NCBI RefSeq assembly: GCF_046119375.1
Contig: NW_027362767.1
Location: 256,494,001 to 256,558,000, forward strand
Origin: Phyllobates terribilis
Taxonomy: Eukaryota
Reading direction: 5' to 3'
Length of the DNA: 64,000 bases
The notes under the pieces are model-generated. The model was not told where the DNA came from. It did no database searches and saw nothing but the letters and a program-made list of their open reading frames with translations. The position numbers and the translations under genes are program-made. This document shows positions 11,371 through 24,000 of the stretch, piece after piece; the first letter of the stretch is position 1; every line of letters begins with the position of its first letter.

Positions 11371-14300
11371 ATGGGCAGGGTAAATCTTGTGTTTATGCCT
11401 GAAGTTTAAAGGAGCAAACTTTTTTTAATTCTATTTTTTTTGCCCAATCCGGGATCAAAGTCTTTAAAGTTTGGTGGAAACTGCATCAGAAATCACTGGT
11501 TTGTGATATTGGCCCTTTTTGTGTTAGGGAGTGAAAATATATTGTTATTAAAAAAAGGGAAAAACAAAAAAAAACAACAATATAGAAACTATCCTGAGCA
11601 GTGGGAACTAACTGTATGTGGCCCTGTAGGGGTTAATGGAGTGAGGGTGGGTGCAGGGGATTGGTCCTCTCTGTGCCTGGCTCAGCACATCTCTCCCTGA
11701 ATATGCAGAATCTCTGCCCAGTTCTGGAATCTGCCCCTTCTCTCGGGCACTGTGGGGGCATTCAGGGAATAAATGTGGGTGGTGCCAGGACCTGCGTGTT
11801 CAGTGCACAGAGACCCTCACACTCCATCGTACAAACCCAGCCACTGGGGCAAGATGCCAGAGGGAAAAGGTACGTTGTGCACTATAGCTGGGCACGGGCA
11901 GACCTAATGGGAAGCAGAGTCCGGACCCTCACATCTGGGGACCCTCTATAGGAGGCTGCATCCAAAGTGGGGACCCCCGCACTGACAGCTGTGTATGGGA
12001 ATGTGGGGGAGTATCACTAATTAGGCAGGATTTCTGTTCCCAGGATTGCTCCAGGCGGCGGTGCCCACACTGATATTGTGTCTGAAGCGGACGACTATTT
12101 ACTGGGGGTTCAGGGGTCTTTCTGGTGGTGGGTTGGTTGTCACACGTCCGGATGCATTAGTGTAATTCGGATTAATTGCTTCTGTTTTCACCCACAGGGG
12201 ACAAGACGGATAGAACTCTGTACAAGGTAAGGGCAGCCCGGTGCCAGCCCGGTGCCGCTGACGGGTGGAAGAATCATTTCAATACTTTATACAGAAATGT
12301 TCCTGGTGGTCAATTTGGAGGGAGGGGGCTTCTGACAAAAATAGAACCATCACTAAATGGCGCAGATGGGGTAATATATTTCTTGTATTTCTCTTTCTTG
12401 TGCTATTGTACCCATACATCAATATTTTGCTTAGAAAATCTTCCCCATAGACTTGTCACATGTAGAAATGTAAATTAATGAGCTGATAAGCGAGTAATGC
12501 AGCCTGTCACCAGATTTCACAATGCACATCTTGTACACCTGATGAGGCTGGTGTGTTTACTTTGATAATCCATGTCAGGCTGGCTCCACAGTATAGTCCT
12601 GATATTAATACGGGCATTCCTTGAATCCAGATAGAGCTCATTTAATATCAGTCAGCAAAACTTTCACGACACATAGTATACAGCCATGTTTACATGTATT
12701 TTAAAAGTAAGTACATTGGCCTCAGCAGGTCCAAGATATATATGAATTAATCTATGCAGTTTGTATTGTGAAATCTGATGATAGATCAAGTTTAAAAGGG
12801 AGATTAATATGAAAACTGTTCCTGATTTATTGCGCCTTCCCGTCCAGGAGAGAGGTCTAGTGTCAGCGTATAGACAAGCTCTTTCTGCACCAAATGAGAA
12901 GGAAAAAATAAGAAAAAGTGAGCGCTCAGGATCCTTTCACTCGCTAAGTTGGGAATCTTGTTCGTCAGTCTTTTCTTGTGACGATTTGTACCTTTATTCT
13001 CTCCTCAGAATCTGCCAGAACACCGGCACCGGGTGCAGGAGAAAAAAACACATGTTAAGAAGCAAAGAGGTAACAAAGTAAAAAAATTTCACAAATAGTC
13101 AAAATATGGAAAACACTTGAATTGTCATCATTATTATACAGAAGGGGCAGGGATTGTGGGGGGAGCTATGGTCATTATACTGGAGGGGCCTAGATAGTGG
13201 AAGGAGCTATGGTCATTATACTGGAGGGGCAGGGATTGTGGGAGGAGCTATGGTCATTATACTGGAGGGGCAGGGATTGTGGGAGGAGCTATGGTCATTA
13301 TACTGGAGGGGCCTAGATAGTGGAAGGAGCTATGGTCATTATACTGGAGGGGCCTAGATAGTGGAAGGAGCTATGGTCATTATACTGGAGGGGCCTAGAT
13401 AGTGGAAGGAGCTATGGTCATTATACTGGAGGGGCCTAGATAGTGGAAGGAGCTATGGTCATTATACTGGAGGGGCAGGGATTGTGGGAGGAGCTATGGT
13501 CATTATACTGGAGAAGCCTAGATAGTGGAAGGAGCTATGGTCATTATACTGGAGAGGCCTAGATAGTGGAAGGATCTATGGTCATTATACTGGAGGGGCC
13601 TAGATAGTGGAAGGAGCTATGGTCATTATACTGGAGGGGCAGGGATTGTGGGAGGAGCTACGGTCATTATACTGGAGGGGCCTAGATAGTGGGGGGAGCT
13701 ATGGTTATTATACTGGAGGGGCCTAGATAGTGGAAGGAGCTATGGTCATTTTACTGGAGGGGCCTAGATAGTGGAAGGAGCTATGGTCATTATACTAGAG
13801 AGGCCTAGATTGTGGGAGGAGCTATGGTCATTATACTGGAGGGGCAGGGATTGTGGGAGGAGCTATGATCATTATACTGGAGGGGCAGGGATTGTGGGAG
13901 GAGCTATGGTTATTATACTGGAGAGGCAGAGATTGCGGGAGGAGCTATGGTTATTATACTGGAGGGGCAAGGATTGTGGGAGGAGCTATGGTCATTATAC
14001 TGGAGAGGCCTAGATTGTGGGAGGAGCTATGGTCATTATACTGGAGGGGCCTAGATAGTGGAAGGAGCTATGGTCATTATACTGGAGGGGCCTAGATAGT
14101 GGAAGGAGCTATGGTCATTATACTGGAGGGGCAGGGATTGGGGGAGGAGCTACGATCATTATACTGGAGGGGCAGGGATTGTGGGAGGAGCTACGGTCAT
14201 TATACTGGAGGGGCCTAGATAGTGGGGGGAGCTATGGTTATTATACTGGAGGGGCCTAGATAGTGGAAGGAGCTATGGTCATTTTACTGGAGGGGCCTAG

Positions 14301-17300
14301 ATAGTGGAAGGAGCTATGGTCATTTTACTGGAGGGGCCTAGATAGTGGAAGGAGCTATGGTCATTTTACTGGAGGGGCCTAGATAGTGGAAGGAGCTATG
14401 GTCATTTTACTGGAGGGGCCTAGATAGTGGAAGGAGCTATGGTCATTATACTGGAGAGGCCTAGATAGTGGAAGGAGCTATGGTCATTATACTGGAGGGG
14501 CCTAGATAGTGGAAGGAGCTATGGTCATTATACTGGAGGGGCAGGGATTGTGGGAGGAGCTATGGTCATTATACTGGAGGGCAGGGATTGTGGGAGGAGC
14601 TATGGTTATTATACTGGAGGGGCAGAGATTGTGGGAGGAGCTATGGTTATTATACTGGAGGGGCCTAGATAGTGGGAGGAGCTATGGTTATTATACTGGA
14701 GGGGCCTAGATAGTGGGAGGAGCTATGGTTATTATACTGGAGGGGCCTAGATAGTGGGAGGAGCTATGGTTATTATACTGGAGGGGCCTAGATAGTGGGA
14801 GGTGCTATGGTCATTATACTGGAGAGGCCTAGATAGTGGGAGGAGCTATGGTCATTATACTGGAGAGGCCTAGATTGTGGGAGGAGCTATGGTCATTATA
14901 CTGGAGGGGCAGGGATTGTGGGAGGAGCTATGATCATTATACTGGAGGGGCAGGGATTGTCGGAGGAGCTATGGTTATTATACTGGAGGGGCAGGGATTG
15001 TCGGAGGAGCTATGGTTATTATACTGGAGGGGCAAGGATTGTGGGAGGAGCTATGGTTATTATACTGGAGGGGCAAGGATTGTGGGAGGAGCTATGGTCA
15101 TTATACTAGAGAGGCCTAGATTGTGGGAGGAGCTATGGTCATTATACTGGAGGGGCAGGGATTGTGGGAGGAGCTATGATCATTATACTGGAGGGGCAGG
15201 GATTGTGGGAGGAGCTATGGTTATTATACTGGAGAGGCAGAGATTGCGGGAGGAGCTATGGTTATTATACTGGAGGGGCAAGGATTGTGGGAGGAGCTAT
15301 GGTCATTATACTGGAGAGGCCTAGATTGTGGGAGGAGCTATGGTCATTATACTGGAGGGGCAGGGATTGTGGGAGGAGCTATGATCATTATACTGGAGGG
15401 GCAGGGATTGTGGGAGGAGCTATGGTTATTATACTGGAGAGGCAGAGATTGCGGGAGGAGCTATGGTTATTATACTGGAGGGGCCTAGATAGTGGGAGGA
15501 GCTATGGTCATTATACTGGAGGGGCAGGGATTGTGGGAGGAGCTATGGTCATTCTACTGGAGGGGCAGGGATTGTGGCTGGAGCTATGGTCATGATACTG
15601 GAGGGCCTAGATAGTGGGAGGAGCTATGGTCATTATACTGGAAGGGCAAGGATTGTGGGAGGAGCTATGGTCATTGTACTGGAGGGACAGGGATTGTGCG
15701 AGGAGCTATAGTTATTATACAGGAGGAGAATGGGATTGTGGGAGGAGCTATGGTCATTGTACTGGAGGGCAGGGATTGTGGGAGGAGCTATGGTCATTAT
15801 ACTGGAGAGGCCTAGATAGTGGGAGGAGCTATAGTCATTATACAGGCGTGTGAATAGTGGGAGGGGCTATAGTCATACAGAAGGGGCATGAATTGTGGGA
15901 GGAGCTGTAGTCATTATACAGGCGTGTGAATAGTGGGAGGGGCTATAGTCATACAGAAGGGGCATGAATTGTGGGAGGAGCTGTAGTCATTATACAGGAG
16001 GAGCAAGGATTGCAAGTGAAGCTATAGTCAGAATATAGGAGGGGTCGGGAACTGCTGGTGCAGTTATAGTCTGCAGGGAGAGTAGGAGGGGCAATAGTAA
16101 TTCAGGATGGGCAGGGATTGTGGGAGGGGCTGTAGTCAATGGACAAATAAAGCCAAATTAAAAAGGTCAGAAACAAGAGGGGGTACAGGCCATGACACTG
16201 GTAATTCTCACCCCTCTAGTTCTGCACCACTGCCATACACGTGGTTATTTTTGCCTTTTTTATATAATACCCAGTGCACACCATTTCATTTATGCCCGTT
16301 TTAAAAACACAGAGGATGAGGGGGTGAATGATTTTAATTCTAGAACAATCTAATTTTTGTACTATACTTATTTCTTGCCAACCATGCCCAGTTTGACTTA
16401 AAGGGAAAGTGTCATCAGAAAATGACCTAAGAATTTTTATATTCTTTTTCACCTTATCACAAGATTGTGAAATTGTGCAGTTTTCTCTTTGAGCCTCACA
16501 TCACATGGGTGGTCCTGTAGAGATCAGATAGTTTGCTGTTTCTGGGCCACCTGAACAAACGGACAAGTTCAGAAATTGAACTCCGTTTGTGTCATTGCAG
16601 TCTGTGGTCCCATCAGCATCCGTCTGAATCCTGTTTTTTTTTTTGGGGGGGGGGGGGGGGGGGATCAGGTGGATTCCCCAAACACACCACAGAAAATGCA
16701 ATGTGTACAGTGCCTTACATAGGATCCACCATTCACAATGGGCGGTGTCACAGCTCACCTCCTCCCCTCCCTGCACAATGACTTCTGCACAGGTCACTGA
16801 GCAAGCCCACAACTCTGTCTCATCAAAGTCAATGTACAGCTCCAGACCATAATATACTATAGTGGATACATTCTCTTTAAAAGAGAGAGATGCTAGAGGA
16901 GAGGGCTATTAAGGCTATACTGCCTTCCTCTATGTCGAGATCTGAGCATTTAATGTTACAGGCCCAAAGCCTGAGACTGCACTACTGAGGGAGACTGATG
17001 ACAACATACCGAGTGGTGCGGTTACGCCGGCCTCACGCGGATCCAAATCCATAAACACGGATATTACTTACTATGCATCTACTTGTACACATTTTAGTAA
17101 CATCTGACCCTCTTCCTGTCCCCTTATCTCCCCCCAAGGACAGCCGCCGAGAGCGAAGCGGTAATTTCCAGTCCTTTGTGCGAATGGCACTGGAGACGCT
17201 GCTGGGTTCATGTCGCAGAAAACGCGGGATCCACCACACCTCCACAGAGCACGTGCAGACCAGCAAAACCTTTATGTCCTGGCACCGCCACAGTCTTCCC

Positions 17301-17555
17301 GTCAGACCCTTTCTACTGGTGCGAGCCGACCGCGGGGTCCGAGTGTGAGAGCGTTAACAGATGAGCGCACGTGACTTCCACCCTGCCTGACCTTACAGTG
17401 TGTGAATGAGTATCTGGCAGTGAGCGCGGAGTCGTGAGCCGATGACCCCTCCAGCCTGGCGGCCGCGGGGAAGGCGCATACGTGTAGTGGAGTGTTCCTG
17501 TCCATACGTGATGTTGTGTGCCTTCTGGAATAAAAAACGTGCTGCAATGGTGTCC
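11371..17555 (+). other. Candidate unannotated spliced transcript (coding status unknown)
   Basis: Putative exons: one ending 11379, one ending 11869, 12198-12226, 13009-13069, and 17139 to about 17555 with AATAAA at 17529; strong splice signals in the right order; no recognised homology. Confidence 0.35.
13143..15850. repeat. 41-bp G-rich minisatellite, about 65 copies, decaying to about 16140
   Basis: Unit ggagctatggtcattatactggaggggcagggattgtggga, with interspersed variant ...ggaggggcctagatagtggaa. Confidence 0.95.
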
Positions 17556-17607
17556 GTGTCACTAAACTTTATGGATCATACACAAAGCACAATTCTTACA
17601 AAACAAC

Positions 17608-17613
17608 TTTATT
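17608..17613 (-). terminator. PORCN poly(A) signal
   Basis: AATAAA on - strand about 300 nt after the stop, followed by GT/T-rich sequence. Confidence 0.6.
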
Positions 17614-17914
17614 AATGGAATCCGGGCAGATGGAGAGGTCATGACCTTGCAAGACCTGAATTTTATCACTCCATATTACGCCCAGAGGATATATATGATT
17701 ATGTAGCGGAGGCGGCGGGTCCTAACAATGTCCTCCGCGAGGTGGCATCTTGTTCATTCATTTCCCCAGCTGCTGGCAGGATGCCCGTATACACCCATTA
17801 TATACCAGCCGGAAGCGCTCCAGCTCTAGTCTGCTCAGAAACACCGAATGGCAGAGTTTGGTCACACCGCTGCAGGTGTCGACAGATGGCACCGACTCTA
17901 TAGATGTCTTCCTT

Positions 17915-18016
17915 TCAGCCAATCAAACGATAGAAAACCCAGCAGCCAAATGTGAGCCAGTGGCCAGCCCAGCTCAGCTCGGACCACTTGTTAACAGTAT
18001 GTGCCATCCCATAGCC
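17915..18016 (-). CDS. PORCN: PORCN last coding exon ([16 protein letters not shown]...RLIG*)
   Basis: atccag| acceptor, TGA at 17917-17915. Confidence 0.93.
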   Translation of the reverse strand, partial: GYGMAHTVNKWSELSWAGHWLTFGCWVFYRLIG

Positions 18017-21000
18017 CTGGATAATGAGAGGAGTATCAGCAGCAATGGAGGCAAACATTACACAATGACTACCAATATGAGGTTGCCACCCTACTGGTAA
18101 ATGGTCTAATTAGAGGGGTGGTCCACCTTTGGATACAATTTTTTTTCTTAAATGCATATATTTTTGGCAATCGGTTTCATTAAAAATTTTGCACAGTTTG
18201 TTGCCTATAGTCTCTGTGTTGCATGGCTACAGAACGAGGTTACTGAGAATCCATCAGTGAGCTGACTGAGATGGTCTGGCGGGTAGTTTGTAACACTTTT
18301 ATCTGTCTTTATTTGAGATCCTTTCAACTGATTTATATTATATTAAAGTTGACTGTACAGTAAAACAAGAAGCCTGTAAAAGCCAAACGGTGCAAAATGG
18401 TTCATGAAACCCAACTGCAAAAATTGTTTATAGCCCCCAAATACATGCATTTAAGTAACATAAAAAAAGTCCCCATAAAGTGGACAAATCCTTTAAAAGC
18501 AGCAGTGTACATTTTCCATTGAGCAGCCTGGACAGGTTATGTTTCACAGAATTTGAAAGGTATGAGAAAAAGCACCATCATGCTCACCTGATCGGGCTGT
18601 GTACACACAACCCTGAAAGAGACTTAAGCCCCCGTCTCATATAGCGAGATCGCTGCTGTGTCACGGTTTTGGTGACGCAACAGCGACCTCACCAGCGATG
18701 TCGCTATGTGTGACACTTTGCAGCGATCAGGCCCCTGCTGTGAGGTCGCTGATCGCTGCAGAATGTCCTGGACCATTTTTTGGTCGTTGCCCTCCCGCTG
18801 GTCAGCACACATCGCTGTGTGTGACCAGCGGGAGCAGCGATCAGGCTGGTAACCATGATAAACATCGGGTTACTAGGGGCACACGCGCACTTAGTAACCC
18901 GCTGTTTATCATGGTTACAAGCCTGCTAAAGTGAGCGGTAACCTCCCGCTCACCGTAGCAGAGTGGTAACCATGATAAACATCGGGTTACTGGGGGCACA
19001 CGCGCACCTAGTAACCCGTTGTTTATCATGGTTACCAGCCTGCTCCTGCTTCAGCAGGCTCGTAACCAGGAGCAGGACATCGTGGAAAGATTCTTTCCAC
19101 GATGTCGCTGCTCCCCTGATCGTTGGTGAGCCTGCCTGTTTGACAGCTCACCAGCGACCACATAGCGACGCAGCAACGATCCCTGACAGGTCGTATCGTT
19201 GTAGGGATCGTTGCAGCGTCGCTAAGTGTGTCGGGGCCTTTAGCCTGCTGCAGACCACCGAGGAAGAAAAAGGCACTGTAAACAATATGGGTTAAACTGC
19301 GCTGCCGTCGAATGATGATGAAAAGACATAAATCAATTTATGCAGTTTATTCGTCAACGCGTTTCAAAGTTTCAAACTTCATCAGGACAAAACCACGGTG
19401 GTTTTGTCCTGATGAAGAAGTTTGAAACTTCGAAAATGATTCCAGTCTTTTCATCATCATTCGACGGCAGCGCAGTTTAACCCATATTGTTTCCAGTGCC
19501 TTTGATCACAAAATTTGAAAGGAAGAGTGACCCCTAGTGGACAACTTATCAGGAACATCATTTTTTTTTTTTTTTTTTAAATAATTTATTCATACACCGT
19601 TTTACCTCTTCTTCGCTGGTATCTTCAGCGTCTGTATCAAATAAAGACCCCAAGTACGTCAGCTGAAGTATAGCCATGACGCCGAACAGCGTGTTAATCA
19701 GGAGCACCAGAGGACCCTGGTAGGAAGGCGAAACACGAGAGCTGGTCACAGTCTGACAGGTCACATACAAAAGCCAATGACTGCTTAAAAGTGAGTGCAG
19801 AAAAACAACAGGTTTTACAATAAGGAATGCAAACAGGCAGCGCGCGCGTGTGCGTGCGTGCGTGTGTGCGTGTGTGGATAAATGCGTGATGTGGCCCATT
19901 TAGTGCCGTGATCCTACCAATGTTTTACCTTTTTGTTATGGTGGGTGCAGGATGATGAGCATTTCTTGGACAGTATGCAGGCACTGAAGACCTCTGCAAG
20001 TCTCCTCCGGAGCACTGATATAGAGAGGGGGGGGGGGGGGGGGGGGGGGTGGGACAAATTAGGGGGCTATAAAAGCAACAACAACAACGAGGCAAACATG
20101 ACCATAAAATTGTACGAATGGTATGGAGATATCCTCCAGAGCAGCGATCAGTGAAGATGCTCCCACACGTGAAGACCTGCTAGATTCAGAACAAGATGGT
20201 TCCTGGGCCACAATCACAGCGGGAAATATTACGAGGCAGAACCACAACCACATACAATATACACTGTGTTCCAAATTATTATGCAAATAATATTTTCTCA
20301 AATTACCTATATGAATTGCAGTCATTGTAATTTTCCAGTCAAATAACTATTAGAGCACAATTGAAAGGTTTTTGTACAAACTGCCTATGATAACAGTATA
20401 TTTTAAAAAAAATAAACTCAAACTGCACTCAAAATGCATGTTCCAAATTATTATGCACAGCAGAGTTTTCAACCTTTTCATTTTAATAAAGAACAAAAAA
20501 ATGGTCATTTTTGAAATTATAAGCATTAGCAGGTTATTACAAACTGAAATCAAACAGTTTTCAACTCAAAACTTTATTCTAGGTGATGTTACATTTGCAC
20601 ATAGGACCGCTTGTTCGAAAGGAGCTTCTGAACTCTCTCGTCCATTGAATTTGTCAGGTTTTGGATGGTTTCTGCTTCAATTGTTTTGCATGAGGACAGA
20701 ATACCCTCCCAGAGCTGTTGCTTAGATGTGAACTGCCTCCCGCCATCATAGACACTCCTTTTGATGATGCTCCTGAGGTTCTCAATGGGGTTGAGGTCAG
20801 GGGAGCATGGGGGCCACACCATAAGTTTGTCCCCTTTTATGCCCATAGCAGCCAGAGATGCAGATGTGTTATGTGCAGCATGAGACGGGGCATTATCATG
20901 CATGAAATGATCTCAATGGTCCAGATGGATGGAGTGGAGGATGGCTGGTTGATGGACACCCCATGAAAAAACGGCTAAGGCGCTAACAAGGAGGAGGTGG

Positions 21001-24000
21001 AGTAATGCTTTGGGCTGGAATCATGGGGAGAGAGATTGTCGGCCCTTTTAGGATCCCTGAAGGGGTAAAGATGAACTCCATAATGTATGTTGAGTTTCTC
21101 AAACAGCACTTCATGCCATGGTTCAAGAAGAAGAACCGTGCACTCCGCAGCAAGATCATTTTCATGCATGATAATGCCCCGTCTCATGCTGCACATAACA
21201 CATCTGCATCTCTGGCTGCTATGGGCATAAAAGGGGACAAACTTATGGTGTGGCCCCCATGCTCCCCTGACCTCAACCCCATTGAGAACCTCTGGAGCAT
21301 CATCAAAAGGAGTGTCTATGATGGCGGGAGGCAGTTCACATCTAAGCAACAGCCCTGGGAGGGTATTCTGTCCTCATGCAAAACAATTGAAGCAGAAACC
21401 ATCCAAAACCTGACAAATTCAATGGACGAGAGAGTTCAGAAGCTCCTTTCGAACAAGGGGTCCTATGTGCAAATGTAACATCACCTAGAATAAAGTTTTG
21501 AGTTGAAAACTGTTTGATTTCAGTTTGTAATATCCTGTTAATGCTTATAATTTCAATTTTTTTGCTCTTTATTAAAATGAAAAGGTTGAAAACTCTGCTG
21601 TGCATAATAATTTGGAACATGCATTTTGAGTGCAGTTTGAGTTTTTTATTTTTTTAAAAATATACTGTTATCATAGGCAGTTTGTACAAAAACCTTTCAA
21701 TTGTACTCTAATAGTTATTTGACTGGAAAATTACAATGACTGCAATTCATATAGGTAATTTGGGAAAATCTGAGAAAATATTATTGGCATAATAATTTGG
21801 AACACAGTGTAGATGGAAAACAGTCGGATGACTTACCATGTTCGACGTAAGTGATGAAACCCAGAGATAAAAGCACAGCCGCCAGGTGGAAGCTGAGACC
21901 CTGGGAGAACACAAAGGAATATGTAATTAAAAGGGTTAACCACCTGTGGGGGCTTACTTTTCTTAATCAAATAACATAATTTTTGTAATTAGGTTTCATG
22001 AAAAATTTAGCAACGTTTGCCTTCTCCCGTTTACCTCTGTACTGCACTGTCCATTGCTGGCTGCAGAATGAGTTAACTGAGAATCTGTCAGTGAACTCAT
22101 TAGGCAAGGCTGATGGCCACACACCACATTACTGTTTAACGGTGCAAAATTTCTTTGACGTCCAATTGCAAAAATGATTTTTCACCCCAAATCCACGTAT
22201 TTAAATAAAAAAATAACATTTTACCCAAAAGTGAACAATCACTTTAAACCTGTACAGACATCGTATAAATACATCTAACATGAGACTCACATGAAGTAAA
22301 GCGCTGGCGGCATATGTTACAATGATGGCGTGAAACGTGCCGAGCTTCAGAGCGTTCTTGAACACATCTGATGAGAAGATTTAGGAAGGTTAAAAAAGGG
22401 GGCGAAGATCTTATTGAATCCAATATCCAAGCTTTCCTACAGCCATGTTCCTGCATAAGACGCCCCAGAAGACGGACAAGGTACAGAGTCCTGCATGCCA
22501 GGAATATCCTTACATGTGTGCAGCCATCGGGACATGGGCCGGTTCCAGCTTGTCACCACGTCCACCATGGAGCGAGGAATCTCTACATTCAGTGGATAAG
22601 AAACCGAGAGATCCCTGAAGAGAAACAAAGATGGATCACCCTATGATGGCCGGGGATGAGGACGACAGATCATGGCCACGCGTGGACTCACCAGTGAACG
22701 TGGTCTTTCTCCTCCGTGAACCCAGCACCGGATAGGACGGCGGTCACCTCAGACAAGAACCCCACAAAATAATTACTGAAATGGAAAGATGACGCGTTCT
22801 CGTAGGCCCGCAGCCACCTGCACAGGACAGCAAAACATCAGCTCCGAGCAAGAACTCAATTCCTCCCACCCCCAAAAGTGAGCAGACTAATCACAGTGCG
22901 TGGCATGTAGCACGTCAGTCAGCGGATAATAGTGGGGTCACGTAGTATCTAGTGCTGGTGTCTCATATGGGCCTCCTTATCTCCATGGCCCGGGGGTGAC
23001 GGCACCCCACGGACCCCCTATACTTGAGCCGCTGGGGACAGGTGTAGGGGTATACGGACTATTCTCCATGGAGTTTTTAAAATTAAACAGTCCAACCAAA
23101 AATAAAACTTAGATGTTACTAAAAATGTGGGTGTCTTAACTTAGTAAGTTTTGTTCTTGCAGAATTTGCCATTACATTATGGTTTCTACACTGTAATAAC
23201 TCTCGAGCATCATTCCCCCATCTGACGCAGGCGAGTCAGGTGACAACTAAGCGAACAAGCGCCCAATTATAGGTCACAGATTGGGAGTTAGTTTTTTTTT
23301 TTTTTTTAATAAATATTACAAAAAAAAAAAAAAAAAAAGGCAAAAAGACCTTACTTACCGTACAACAAGACCCCTGCCACCAAGAAAAAATAAATAAATA
23401 ATATCAAGATCATGGCTAATGACAAGGAGGTGAATGTGGGTGTCGGGGGATGGGTGGTCAGAGTCGGGGTGTAAGTTATGGGTTACACAAGGTGAGGCGG
23501 CTGAGATGACATTAGAATTGTCACAACCTGTAACTCTATGAAGGGAACGGCACAGCAACACAATCAGTACAAATCCTAGATAATAATATTCCCGATGCTT
23601 TCTCCCTCTCCGCCATCGGGTGTGGAAAGGCAGGAGAGCGTGCTCCCATCTGACAGCTATCGTGCACGTGTCCTATTGATGAGGATGGCACCCGTGCATA
23701 ATAACTTTATTATCTAATAACTGCAATGGATGAAGGGATAATAATGAATGGACGCTTTGTATCACTGTGCACAGTGCAGCAGATTTACCAGGACGGGTGC
23801 AGGGGGAGCAGTTACGGGGGCAATTACTTTTCCTTTGCACCAGTTCAGATAAATCTGTTCCATGAGGAAAGGATGGATCAGGGAGGGGAGGACAGAGAAT
23901 ACCTGGCTTTACGTTTCTTACTGGAGAATCCGAGGAAACATAAAGGGAAAGGAAAAACAAAAAAAAAGAGCTGAGAAATACATAGTGAGGATGAAGAGCA

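Noticed and set aside
13154-15853. CRISPR-like array or repeat-protein gene
   Set aside because: Contiguous tandem units with no unique spacers, eukaryotic context, no cas genes
11371-17555. Identifying the candidate + strand gene as FTSJ1, OST-beta (SLC51B), FGFBP or a PSI-domain protein
   Set aside because: Only 3-6 residue resemblances (MGR, CGWC, LRVQC); no TM segment for OST-beta and no continuous similarity to any of them
20059-20325. Signal-peptide-like ORF ([18 protein letters not shown]...)
   Set aside because: Begins in or next to a Tc1 TIR inside a PORCN intron; no supporting exon structure or homology
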